A stretch of DNA of 64,000 nt from Patescibacteria group bacterium (GTDB lineage Bacteria > Patescibacteriota > Saccharimonadia > CAILAD01 > BJGX01): the NCBI GenBank assembly GCA_026397045.1, contig JAPLVO010000012.1, forward strand, positions 10,654 through 74,653, given 5' to 3'. The notes beneath the pieces are model-generated. The model was given only the letters and a program-made list of their open reading frames with translations, was not told the origin of the DNA and searched no databases. The translations under genes and the position numbers were made by a program. Below are positions 10,699 through 19,977 of the stretch, piece after piece; positions within the stretch are counted from its first letter, which is position 1, and every line of letters starts with the position of its first letter.

Positions 10699-11181
10699 AT
10701 GGAACAAGTTCTAGACCCCGTAAAAAAGCAACGCGAGCGAGACTTAATAGAGCAGTTTATTAGCATCTGTCCTAAGTATTCGGGCTGGGCTTTCGAGTCG
10801 TATTCCGAAAACCCTGATATGATTTACACAAAGGGCTCCAATAGAATCGGCTTTGATAGCGTAATAATATCTGACGACCAGGCATCTGTTCAGTGTGTCT
10901 ATAGTCCAGAGCTATGTCAGATATCGCTGCCTGGCAATATTAGTCGTAGTGAAAGACTAAATAAGATTGAGACATTTTTTGCCAATAAGCTCTTTACTCA
11001 TCTCAGGAAGTATAGTGTGCCGACTGTTTTGGTTTTCACATTAGTCGATACCCAAGAAACTTCATTTGCAGATATAATTAATATAGCCAAGAAGTTCAAA
11101 CTCCCTAAGCTCGAGGTATTCAACATTCAGTCCTACTACCTTTGCGATAATTCGCAGTATGTGAAAATTGCCTCGACCTGA
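10699..11181 (+). CDS. Hypothetical protein
   Basis: The ORF track gives 10654-11181. The ATG at 10699 avoids overlap with the nuclease gene. No recognisable motifs. Confidence 0.4.
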   Translation: MEQVLDPVKKQRERDLIEQFISICPKYSGWAFESYSENPDMIYTKGSNRIGFDSVIISDDQASVQCVYSPELCQISLPGNISRSERLNKIETFFANKLFTHLRKYSVPTVLVFTLVDTQETSFADIINIAKKFKLPKLEVFNIQSYYLCDNSQYVKIAST

Positions 11182-11244
11182 AGTATGGTATATAGTATAG
11201 GCATAAGTACTTTGCAGTAATTAAATAAATATATTAAGGAGACC

Positions 11245-12027
11245 ATGTCTAAGAAAAAAAAGATAACTATTGAGGGCTTAAGGAAATTTAACATTTTCAT
11301 GTTTTTCTTTTTTGCCCTGCAAGCTGGAATATTGTTACTCATTGCCAGCCAAAAAGTAAAATTTCCAATAACTACCAACTATTTAACTTTCGATTTAGCT
11401 ACCGAGACCTTAGTATCATCTAGTAAAACGCTGTTTGACTTGCCCTTGGTTTGGCCAGTCATAGCCTTTGTTCTAATATGTATGTTGTCGCACCTGCTGA
11501 TTTCTACAATATGGTTTAGGGGCTACAAAAAAGACCTTAAGGCTGGCATGAACCGGGCTCGCTGGATAGAATATAGTTTTTCTGCCAGCATAATGATTGT
11601 GGCTATATCTCTGCTTACTGGTATATATGACCTATCAAGCTTAATAATGCTATTTGCGCTGGTTATGGTAATGAACTTGTGTGGCTTAATAATGGAAATA
11701 CACAACCAGACAACAGCAAAAACTAATTGGATTAGCTATATTGTGGGCTGTATTGCCGGCATAGTTCCCTGGGCAGTGATTGCTATTTACTTCTGGGCTA
11801 GTGCCTCTAGTGCCACTGGCGGCGCCCAAATACCGGCCTTTGTTTACTGGATATTTATAACCATCTTTATTTTCTTCAATTGCTTCGCCATAAACATGTT
11901 CTTGCAGTACAAAAAATGGGGGCCCTGGAGCAACTACCTGTATGGCGAGAGAGTGTATATTATTCTTAGCTTGGTAGCCAAAACAGCTCTTGTATGGCAA
12001 GTATTTGCCGGCACCCTTAGACCCTAA
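11245..12027 (+). CDS. Heliorhodopsin (7-TM retinal protein with inverted topology)
   Basis: From memory of heliorhodopsin sequences (48C12, TaHeR), the 260-aa 7-TM protein has RWIEYSFSASIMIV, GCIAGIVPW, WSNYLYGERVYIILSLVAKTALVWQVF. These include the TM7 Schiff-base Lys and the TM3 Glu counterion. Strong SD AAGGAGA 6 nt upstream. Confidence 0.8.
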   Translation: MSKKKKITIEGLRKFNIFMFFFFALQAGILLLIASQKVKFPITTNYLTFDLATETLVSSSKTLFDLPLVWPVIAFVLICMLSHLLISTIWFRGYKKDLKAGMNRARWIEYSFSASIMIVAISLLTGIYDLSSLIMLFALVMVMNLCGLIMEIHNQTTAKTNWISYIVGCIAGIVPWAVIAIYFWASASSATGGAQIPAFVYWIFITIFIFFNCFAINMFLQYKKWGPWSNYLYGERVYIILSLVAKTALVWQVFAGTLRP

Positions 12028-12029
12028 AA

Positions 12030-13247
12030 ATGGCCCGCCGGTACAAGCTTAAGCGTACACTCGGTATATTCTTAGTAACTATTTATGGCCTAGGCAACAT
12101 AGTCGGAGCTGGCATATATGCTTTAGTAGGAAAAGTTGCAGGCGAAGCTGGAACAGCTACTCCATTGGCTTTTTTATTGGCATCTATCGTGGCTGGTTTT
12201 AGTGCATTATCTTTTGCAGAATTATCTAGCAGAAAACCATATAGCGAAGGTGTCTCGGCTTATGTGCATAACGCATTTCGCCGAAAGCCAGTTTCGATAG
12301 CCGTCGGCGCACTAATGGCAATCGCAACGGTTGTCTCGGCTGCCGCACTGGCTAGAGCTTTTGGAGGTTATCTTTACCAGTACACTGGTATATTTATCCC
12401 GCTTGGTGCAGCTCTTATAATTATCACTTTTGGATTGCTTTCGGCTTGGGGCATAGAAGAGTCAGCTAAGTTAGCAGCTGTACTAACGGTTATCGAGGTT
12501 CTTGGTCTGGGTGTTATTATCTGGCTAGGAAGGGGAAGTATAGTCGCTAGCGCTCAGACTCCAGCCAACTTTTTTGATATCAGTAGCGTAGGTATCACCG
12601 GCGTTTTGTCGGCAGTATTTTTGGCCTTTTATGCTTATATTGGCGTAGAGGACATTGTGCATTTGTCTGAAGAAACAAAAAAACCCAGGCTCACGGTTCC
12701 ATTCGCTATTATCGGAGCTGTAACAATAGCTACAGTTCTCTACACTCTGGTTTCAATAGTAGCCATAGATGCCGTTCCACTTGCCGAGCTTAACAAATCG
12801 GCTGCTCCCGTTGGTTTGATCTTTACTACATTATCGAGTACGCCGGGCTGGGCGATCGCTATTATTGCTCTTGCGGCTACAGCCGGAGGGGTGCTGGCAC
12901 ATATCATCAGTGGTTCGCGATTGCTTTTTGGTATGGCTGAGGCTGGTTGGCTTCACAAAAGACTGGCAATTGTACATGAGACACGCAAGACTCCAACCGT
13001 AACAATCGCGGTGGTTGTTGCTGTATCTATAGTTTTATCGACCTTCGCCGAGGTAAAGACTCTAGCGCTGGTTACTAGCTACCTTATACTAATTATATTT
13101 TCGCTGGTCGATACATCGCTTATAATTATCAAAATCAGAGACAAAAACACTAAAAAGCCAATCTTTTCTGTCAGTATGATAGTGCCTATTTTGGGTCTAG
13201 TATCTAGTATTTTACTGCTGGTGGTGCAGACCAGCATTTTGCTTTAG
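12030..13247 (+). CDS. APC-superfamily amino-acid / polyamine permease
   Basis: A 405-aa protein with about 12 TM segments and an APC-like N-terminal GxxxG region. Start is 3 nt after the heliorhodopsin stop, so translationally coupled. Confidence 0.75.
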   Translation: MARRYKLKRTLGIFLVTIYGLGNIVGAGIYALVGKVAGEAGTATPLAFLLASIVAGFSALSFAELSSRKPYSEGVSAYVHNAFRRKPVSIAVGALMAIATVVSAAALARAFGGYLYQYTGIFIPLGAALIIITFGLLSAWGIEESAKLAAVLTVIEVLGLGVIIWLGRGSIVASAQTPANFFDISSVGITGVLSAVFLAFYAYIGVEDIVHLSEETKKPRLTVPFAIIGAVTIATVLYTLVSIVAIDAVPLAELNKSAAPVGLIFTTLSSTPGWAIAIIALAATAGGVLAHIISGSRLLFGMAEAGWLHKRLAIVHETRKTPTVTIAVVVAVSIVLSTFAEVKTLALVTSYLILIIFSLVDTSLIIIKIRDKNTKKPIFSVSMIVPILGLVSSILLLVVQTSILL

Positions 13248-13255
13248 CAAATCCG

Positions 13256-14431
13256 CTAATTACCAATAATATATAGCTCTTGTTCGGCCCTGGTGACCGC
13301 GGTATACAGCCAGCGTTGCCATTCGTCTTGGCTCATTTTTGGAAAGCGTTCCTCAAAAACCAACACCCGCTTGGCCTGCGAGCCTTGAGCCTTATGAACA
13401 GTCAGGCCATAGCCGAAATCAAACAGACCGACAGAGTCCTTCTGAGGCCTTTTAGGCACAGACTTAAGTGTAGTGGGGGCACCAAATTGTTCCCTCGGTG
13501 CAAAGCCCTCAAATTTAATCCCATCAAAATCGGCCGTAATGTCCCACCATAATTCTTCATCATCATGAGCGGCTGGAGTGATTTGTTCGATAAGGCCTAT
13601 TTGCCCGTTGCTGAGGCCTGATTCGCGGCTATTTTTTAGGCAAACAATAATATCATTACGCTGTGGGTCTGGGCCCTCCATCCCTTTAAGTAGCCTCACA
13701 TGGGCATTGAGTTTTTGACGCGTGCTGTTATAGCCACAGAGTATTAGTGTGTCGGTATTGTGACTTTGCAGTATCTCTTCAATCAGATCGCCAGTAAGAG
13801 GGTCGGCATTATCTAGCTTGGCCACTCCTTCACCATAGCTCATTATTGGTATTTGATTGCCATTTCTTGCTAGTGCTGAAATCGCTATAATAGGGCTTTC
13901 AGCAGCTTGTCGCCATATTCTATCTAGCGTTAGATCCGGCTCTAGCATTAGATTAAAGCTGCTGCCAATTGGCGGCAGCTGGCCATGGTCTCCAACTGCC
14001 AGAACTGGCTTGCCAAAACTGAGGAGGTCAGCCCATATCTCCTCGCTGACCATACTAGCCTCATCGACCACCACCAAATCGACTCTCAAGAAATCGCGCT
14101 TTCGCCATTTTGGCGCATCCCCCTTACTGGACTCAGAATAATACATCAGGCCATGCAGTGTAGATATAGAATCGCCAGGCTGCAAGATATTATCAGCCAC
14201 TAATTTGCGTTTTAGCACTAGTGTTGCCTTGCCAGTATAGGCAGCAAAGCCAACCTTCATGCTCGGGATGTTAGTTTGCAAGACTCTACGCAAAGCAGCT
14301 AGCAGAGTGGTTTTGCCAGTACCAGCATAGCCACCTAGGGTAAGGTATTGTTTACCACCGCCCTTGGCGATTTTTAGCCAAGCCCCAATAGCACTTAAAG
14401 CTACGCCCTGCTGATTGGTAAGTTTTTGCAT
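13256..14431 (-). CDS. Compact SF1 helicase (RecD/Pif1/TraA-like, AAA_30 family)
   Basis: Walker A GGYAGTGKTTLL, Walker B VVVDEASMV, motif V/VI LTVHKAQGSQ and YTAVTRAEQELYIIG. Only 391 aa. Confidence 0.7.
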   Translation of the reverse strand: MQKLTNQQGVALSAIGAWLKIAKGGGKQYLTLGGYAGTGKTTLLAALRRVLQTNIPSMKVGFAAYTGKATLVLKRKLVADNILQPGDSISTLHGLMYYSESSKGDAPKWRKRDFLRVDLVVVDEASMVSEEIWADLLSFGKPVLAVGDHGQLPPIGSSFNLMLEPDLTLDRIWRQAAESPIIAISALARNGNQIPIMSYGEGVAKLDNADPLTGDLIEEILQSHNTDTLILCGYNSTRQKLNAHVRLLKGMEGPDPQRNDIIVCLKNSRESGLSNGQIGLIEQITPAAHDDEELWWDITADFDGIKFEGFAPREQFGAPTTLKSVPKRPQKDSVGLFDFGYGLTVHKAQGSQAKRVLVFEERFPKMSQDEWQRWLYTAVTRAEQELYIIGN

Positions 14432-14523
14432 CTACAGTATTGTATCAGTAATTATACTTTAGTATCACTGCAAAAAAGAATTATTATATAATTAACAACA
14501 AAATAGTTTTTATTTGCTATAAT

Positions 14524-15468
14524 ATGGTCAATATGACTAAAGAATTAAAAACTAAAAAATATGATTTGATCATTATTGGTGCTGGCCCTGCGGGCTACAC
14601 TGCCGCCATATACGCAGCTAGGGCTAGTCTTAAAGTACTTATGATTTCAGGTACCACCCCCGGAGGTCAGCTACTACTTACCAGCGAAGTAGAGAACTTT
14701 CCGGGCTTTAAGGACGGCATCAAGGGCCCTGAGCTGATGGATGAAATGAAAGCCCAGGCACTCCGTTTCGGGGCTACGATCGTCCAGGAGATAGCCACAA
14801 AAGTAGAGCTCGGTGGCCAGCCTAAAAAGGTCTGGGTTGGCAAATCTCAATTTCACGCCAAATCCATAATAATTTCTACTGGCGCAAGTGCTAACTGGCT
14901 CGGGCTAGATAACGAGCAGCGCTTGATGGGCAATGGCATATCGTCTTGTGCTACCTGCGATGCGTTCTTTTATCAGGATAAGCATGTAGTGGTGGTTGGC
15001 GGTGGCGATAGCGCAATGGAAGAAGCCCTGACACTAGCAAAATTTGCCAGTAAGGTCACAATAGTGCATCGTCGTAGTGAGTTTCGGGCTAGCAAAATAA
15101 TGCAAGAAAGAGTACTAAGTAATGAAAAGATTACGGTCAAGTGGAATAAAACCGTAGTAGATGTATTGGGCCGAGACAGAGTTGAGGGTGTAAAGCTCAA
15201 GGACCTAGTGACCTCCAAGGAGTCTAGCCTAAAGTGCGATGGTATGTTTGTCGCAATCGGCCATACTCCAGCCACAGAGCTATTCAAGGGCACTCTCGAA
15301 ACCGACTCCAAAGGCTATCTTGCGACCAAGGATAATGTCAAGACAGCTTTGTCTGGAGTATTTGCAGCCGGGGATGTAACAGACCCTCACTATAGGCAGG
15401 CCATAACAGCTGCCGGCGACGGCTGCAGGGCCGCGCTAGAAGCTGAGCGCTATATTGAATCCAGCTAG
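14524..15468 (+). CDS. trxB: Thioredoxin-disulfide reductase
   Basis: FAD site GAGPAGYTAA, redox-active CATCD, NADPH site GGGDSAMEEA. The alternative ATG at 14533 would give a leaderless transcript from the TATAAT at 14518-14523. Confidence 0.9.
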   Translation: MVNMTKELKTKKYDLIIIGAGPAGYTAAIYAARASLKVLMISGTTPGGQLLLTSEVENFPGFKDGIKGPELMDEMKAQALRFGATIVQEIATKVELGGQPKKVWVGKSQFHAKSIIISTGASANWLGLDNEQRLMGNGISSCATCDAFFYQDKHVVVVGGGDSAMEEALTLAKFASKVTIVHRRSEFRASKIMQERVLSNEKITVKWNKTVVDVLGRDRVEGVKLKDLVTSKESSLKCDGMFVAIGHTPATELFKGTLETDSKGYLATKDNVKTALSGVFAAGDVTDPHYRQAITAAGDGCRAALEAERYIESS

Positions 15469-15533
15469 GCCAAGTTCATTAATTCATTCTAAATTTAGCC
15501 TCTCTTATATCAGACTGATGATTACACCTAGCA

Positions 15534-15560
15534 AAAAACGCCCTTGAAGAGGGGCGTTTG
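15534..15560 (-). terminator. Rho-independent terminator downstream of rplU
   Basis: AAACGCCC/GGGCGTTT stem with an 8-nt loop, followed on the minus strand by TTTTTT. Confidence 0.75.
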
Positions 15561-15577
15561 TACTTATATTTACTAGT

Positions 15578-15889
15578 TTACTTAGTGTTTATAGCTGTAA
15601 TCTCTAATATAGTGTGTCGCTGACGGTGGCCAGTGAGAGTTTTTTGACGCTTCTTGGCCTTATATTTTAGGATCTTAACTTTATCGGCCTTAACATCGGC
15701 TTCCACGACCTTAGCTACTACAGTGGCGTTTTCAATAACAGGCTTGCCGACCTGGATATTGTCACCATCTATCAGCAATAGGGCTTGGAACTCAATCACA
15801 TCTTTGTCGGAGTGTAAAAGCTCGGCCTCAATAATGTGGCCTTTTTCTACCATAAACTGCTTTGAACCTGATTCTATTACTGCTATCAT
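15578..15889 (-). CDS. rplU: 50S ribosomal protein L21
   Basis: MIAVIESGSKQFMVEKG...GHRQRHTILEI matches the L21 family. Confidence 0.85.
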   Translation of the reverse strand: MIAVIESGSKQFMVEKGHIIEAELLHSDKDVIEFQALLLIDGDNIQVGKPVIENATVVAKVVEADVKADKVKILKYKAKKRQKTLTGHRQRHTILEITAINTK

Positions 15890-15999
15890 TTTGAGTTTCC
15901 TTTCTATGCCAGTTATTAAAAGACAATTTAAAATTGTAGCACAAAAGTAGCCTATCTGTAAAGAATTAATTTAAGAGCAAATACTGCTATAATATTAAT

Positions 16000-16767
16000 A
16001 TGCACGGAGACAGCAAAATAATAATAGTTGCCAATCAAAAAGGCGGCGTTGGAAAGACTACCACAGCAATTAATTGCGCCGCGTACTTGGCTAAATCTGC
16101 TCGTAATGTCTTACTAGTAGATTTAGACCCCCAGGGCAATAGTACCAGCGGCTTAGCGGTCGATAAGAACAGTCTTAAACATAGCGTTTATGATGTCTTG
16201 ATCAATTCAGTTCCGGCGACCGATTGCATTGTTGCAACAACAGTGCCGAATCTCCATCTTTTACCATCTAATTCAATTTTGGCAGCAGCAGAGGTTGAAC
16301 TCAGTGCTGTTGATGGCAGGGAATACATCCTGGCCAATGCTCTATCCGAACTGAAATATGATGTAATTATCATCGACAGCCCTCCATCTCTGGGGCTACT
16401 AACCCTAAATGGTTTTGTGGCAAGTGATTTTGTGCTAATCCCCGTACAAAGCGAATACTATGCCCTAGAGGGGCTCTCGGAATTATTAAATACTATTAAG
16501 CGTGTCAGGGTTGGGCTTAATAAGCAGCTGCAAATACTTGGTGTGGTTGTTACCATGCACAACAAACGCACCAGCCTAGGCGAACAGGTATTAGCTGAAT
16601 TGCGTAAGCACTTTCCGGAGAAGCTATTTGACACAGTAGTGCCACGCAATATACGCTTAGCAGAAGCTCCCAGCCATGGTCGCCCTATTTACGAATACGA
16701 CCGTTTCAGCAAGGGGGCACTGGCCTATAAGAAGTTATCTAAAGAAATCGAAGGGAGGTTGTTTTAA
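16000..16767 (+). CDS. parA: Chromosome partitioning ATPase ParA/Soj
   Basis: Deviant Walker A NQKGGVGKTTT. TATAAT at 15988-15993 lies 6 nt before the ATG, so likely leaderless. Confidence 0.9.
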   Translation: MHGDSKIIIVANQKGGVGKTTTAINCAAYLAKSARNVLLVDLDPQGNSTSGLAVDKNSLKHSVYDVLINSVPATDCIVATTVPNLHLLPSNSILAAAEVELSAVDGREYILANALSELKYDVIIIDSPPSLGLLTLNGFVASDFVLIPVQSEYYALEGLSELLNTIKRVRVGLNKQLQILGVVVTMHNKRTSLGEQVLAELRKHFPEKLFDTVVPRNIRLAEAPSHGRPIYEYDRFSKGALAYKKLSKEIEGRLF

Positions 16768-17660
16768 TGGCTACTAAGAATAGATTAGGCAGAGGACTAG
16801 ATGCGCTAATCCCTGTTAATATGGATGAGTTTGTGGCCGATAGCTTACCCGACGGTCTTAAGGATAATTCCAACGATGTTGCTACGATCGCTATCGATAA
16901 GATATCCCCCAACCCCCACCAACCTCGCTCTGAATTTTTAGAAAGTGATCTCAAGGATTTAGCTAGTAGTATTAAGCTGCATGGCGTAATTCAGCCCTTG
17001 GTCGTTATTAAAACCAAGCCTGGGTATTTTCAGCTAGTTGCCGGCGAGCGTCGTATGAGGGCATCTAAGCTAGCAGGCCTAAGCACCGTACCAGCAATTG
17101 TGAGAACTTTTAGTGAGCAAGAGCAGCTGGAGTTAGCCGTCATAGAAAACATTCAGAGGGCTGATCTCAAACCACTAGAAGTCGCTATCGCCTACAATAA
17201 ATTAGTCGATCAATTCAACTTAACGCACCTTCAGATCTCTAAGCGAGTCGGTAAGGGTGCCTCGACAGTTTCAAATGCCATAAGGCTGGTTAATTTGCCT
17301 CATCCCGCCAAGTTAGCTCTACAAAAGGGCCAGATATCAGAGGGCCACGCCAGAGCGATACTATCCTTAAACGAAACTGCCGATCAGCTTCAGCTATTAG
17401 AAACAATCATTAAATCTAGGCTGACAGTGCGTGAAGCAGAGGAAGCCGTTCGCCGATATAAAGACGGCAATGTGGATTCTAAGCCGCCTAAAGCCGTAAA
17501 GATTAGATCTGAACATGCGGTACTTATAAATAGTATCGGGAAATATCTTGCGACAAAGGTAACTATCCATAAGACAGCCAAGGGTGGTAGGCTTCAGATA
17601 GAGTACTACTCAGATGAAGAGCTTGAGAGAATAGCCGAACAGATAAAGGGCCAAAACTAG
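16767..17660 (+). CDS. parB: Chromosome partitioning protein ParB/Spo0J
   Basis: ParB box GERRMRAS and an HTH region. Overlaps the parA stop. Confidence 0.85.
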   Translation: MATKNRLGRGLDALIPVNMDEFVADSLPDGLKDNSNDVATIAIDKISPNPHQPRSEFLESDLKDLASSIKLHGVIQPLVVIKTKPGYFQLVAGERRMRASKLAGLSTVPAIVRTFSEQEQLELAVIENIQRADLKPLEVAIAYNKLVDQFNLTHLQISKRVGKGASTVSNAIRLVNLPHPAKLALQKGQISEGHARAILSLNETADQLQLLETIIKSRLTVREAEEAVRRYKDGNVDSKPPKAVKIRSEHAVLINSIGKYLATKVTIHKTAKGGRLQIEYYSDEELERIAEQIKGQN

Positions 17661-17664
17661 CTTA

Positions 17665-18528
17665 TTATTTATATTCCGCTGGCCCTAAAAATCCAATATC
17701 ATTTAAAGGTAGAAGCCTGAAGAAGGCGTTGCCAGATATGTTCTTCTGAGGCAGTTGGCCCCAGAATCTAGAGTCATAGCTACCGCCAGGGGATCTGTTG
17801 TCCCCGACAGTAAAGACATTCCCAGGTGCTATTATTTCGTCAACTTCACCCTCCGAAATGTATGCAGGATCTATGTAGGGCTCTTTTAGTATGAAGCCAT
17901 TAGGGCTTTCTTTATTATATATTTTGAATACACCATTTTTTAATGTGATTCGCTCGCCAGGGAGGGCGATGACTCTTTTAACATAAAACAGCTCAGCGTT
18001 TTCTGGTGGCCTAAAAACTAGTACATCGCCACGCTTAATGTCCATGCCTTTTTTGTTACCCCAAATGGCCGATACATTATTTAGCGAGGATGCTAGCTTA
18101 TTTATTAAAATGTAGTCGCCGTCATTATAGCCGGGGTTCATACTGCTGCCACTAACATAGTAGGCCTGAAAAACAAAAGTATTGATAAATATCACCACTG
18201 CAGCGGCAATTAGAAGGGTTTTGAGAAGCTCCCAGGCAACATGAAGTATGCCTTTTTTTGGTTCAACCTCGGTTTCCTGGTGAGTGCGAGTCTGAGATTC
18301 TGCGAAATCATTAAATTCAACAACATCCCGATTGAGATCATGGGGCTCCTTGGCGGCAGCTGGGCTATTGTTGCCGGCTATTTGATTCTTGGTTGGACTG
18401 TTGGGCGCGATCACGCTACCTGGCTTTAGGAGGTCGGATTCGTCTAGTCTTGCCGTAAGGTCGACCGGTTCGTTATTGTTATTATCCATTATCATAATTA
18501 TAGCAGCTTGAAAGTGGATATTAAGCAC
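17665..18528 (-). CDS. lepB: Signal peptidase I, with an N-terminal disordered extension
   Basis: SGSSMNP (Ser box), GDNRSPGGSYDSRFWG (box E), and an N-terminal TM anchor. Confidence 0.85.
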   Translation of the reverse strand: MLNIHFQAAIIMIMDNNNNEPVDLTARLDESDLLKPGSVIAPNSPTKNQIAGNNSPAAAKEPHDLNRDVVEFNDFAESQTRTHQETEVEPKKGILHVAWELLKTLLIAAAVVIFINTFVFQAYYVSGSSMNPGYNDGDYILINKLASSLNNVSAIWGNKKGMDIKRGDVLVFRPPENAELFYVKRVIALPGERITLKNGVFKIYNKESPNGFILKEPYIDPAYISEGEVDEIIAPGNVFTVGDNRSPGGSYDSRFWGQLPQKNISGNAFFRLLPLNDIGFLGPAEYK

Positions 18529-18582
18529 TTTGCCTATAATTGTTTCCTACTAAGCCCTTATGGCATATAATAGGTTATATAC

Positions 18583-19977
18583 ATGAAGTCCAAAAAACAG
18601 CACAAGGATAGCCAGACTTCTACTATCCAAAAAGATTTGACCAAACCAATAAAGACCAAGAAAAAGTACCGCTGGGGCTTAAGGTTAATTGTTGCGGTTA
18701 TAATTTTAGTTATACTTGCAGTAGGTGCTATAGCCGTAAGATCGTTAACATCTTTAAATAAGGTTCTGCAAAAAAGAACTGGTATCGCCGCCGCCGGCCT
18801 AAAAGGAGACCTAGAGCTAAGTAAACTTAAGGGCGAGGGAGAGGGTAGGGTAAATATTTTATTATTAGGAACTGGTGACGCTGGCCATGCGGGCGAAGGC
18901 TTAACCGATACTATGATTGTAGCTAGCATAGACCCTAAATCGAAGGATGTAGCGATGCTTGGTATTCCTAGGGACTTATATGTCAAGATCCCAGGCTTTG
19001 GCTGGGACAAGGTTAACTCGGCACATGCCCTAGCCGAGCAGGAGAATCCTGGGTCAGGCCCTGAACTAGCCAAGAAGACAATTAGTGAGTTTATTGGCCA
19101 GCCAATACACTACTTTGTTCGACTGGATTTCACTGGCTTGAAATCAGCGGTGGACTCCCTAGGGGGTGTAGATATTTATAATTCCTCATACCTAAGCGAC
19201 ACCGAGTACCCCTGCGACACGAGTGAATCAAAATCTTGCGGGTTCAAGCTAAACTCCGGCTATTACCATATGGATGGAGCCTTGGCCCTAAAGTATGCGA
19301 GATGCCGCAAGGGTACTTGCGGCGATGATTATGGACGCGCAAGGCGACAGCAATCAGTGGTAGTGGGCATGCGAGATCAGGCATTACGGCTTGGTAATAT
19401 CTTGAACCCTGCTAAGGTCGCTGATCTTATCGGAATCGCTGGGGATCACTTGAAGACAGACATAAGTATCGATGAGTTAAAGCGTTTAGCCGATCTAGCC
19501 AGTAAGGTCAACTCCAACAAAATAGCTAATAAGGTGCTTGATTCGGAAAATGAAGGCCTGGTAGTTAACAGTAGTGTCGGTGAAGCCAGTGTTGTCGTGC
19601 CCGCGGCGGGAATCGGCAAATATGGCGGGATAAAGTCTTTCGTAAGAAGTATTTTTATTGATGGCTATGTCAAAAGCGAGTTGGCTAAGGTAGAAATAAA
19701 GAACTCAAATGCTAAGCCAGGAGCAGTGTATGCCCTATCCTCAATATTGAAATCTCTCGGCTATAATGTTATAAATACTTCAGCCGTTCAAGATAAAGGC
19801 AACGGTAACGGTAACACTCAGATCTTAGATTATACTAATGGGTCTAGTCCCTATACTCTAAAGTACCTGGAGAACAGATTGAAGCAGCCAGTTTCGAAAG
19901 CTGAAAAGCCCGCTGGTAGCCAGGCCGATATAGTAATTATTTTAGGAGCAGAATATGAACCTCAAGGCAACATTTAA
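18583..19977 (+). CDS. LytR-CpsA-Psr (LCP) family cell-envelope phosphotransferase
   Basis: TM anchor then the LCP core LLLGTGDAGHAGEGLTDTMIVASID...GIPRDLYVKIPG...KVNSAHA. Confidence 0.85.
   Translation: MKSKKQHKDSQTSTIQKDLTKPIKTKKKYRWGLRLIVAVIILVILAVGAIAVRSLTSLNKVLQKRTGIAAAGLKGDLELSKLKGEGEGRVNILLLGTGDAGHAGEGLTDTMIVASIDPKSKDVAMLGIPRDLYVKIPGFGWDKVNSAHALAEQENPGSGPELAKKTISEFIGQPIHYFVRLDFTGLKSAVDSLGGVDIYNSSYLSDTEYPCDTSESKSCGFKLNSGYYHMDGALALKYARCRKGTCGDDYGRARRQQSVVVGMRDQALRLGNILNPAKVADLIGIAGDHLKTDISIDELKRLADLASKVNSNKIANKVLDSENEGLVVNSSVGEASVVVPAAGIGKYGGIKSFVRSIFIDGYVKSELAKVEIKNSNAKPGAVYALSSILKSLGYNVINTSAVQDKGNGNGNTQILDYTNGSSPYTLKYLENRLKQPVSKAEKPAGSQADIVIILGAEYEPQGNI

Noticed and set aside
15890-15999. 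Looked for a parS site (TGTTTCACGTGAAACA-like) near parAB
   Set aside because: No convincing 16-bp palindrome was found by eye in the parA upstream region. It may lie elsewhere and would need a computational scan.
18558-19073. A 171-aa minus-strand ORF overlapping the LCP gene
   Set aside because: It is antisense to a well-supported LCP-family CDS. Its translation is Ser/Pro-rich with no motifs or initiation signals.
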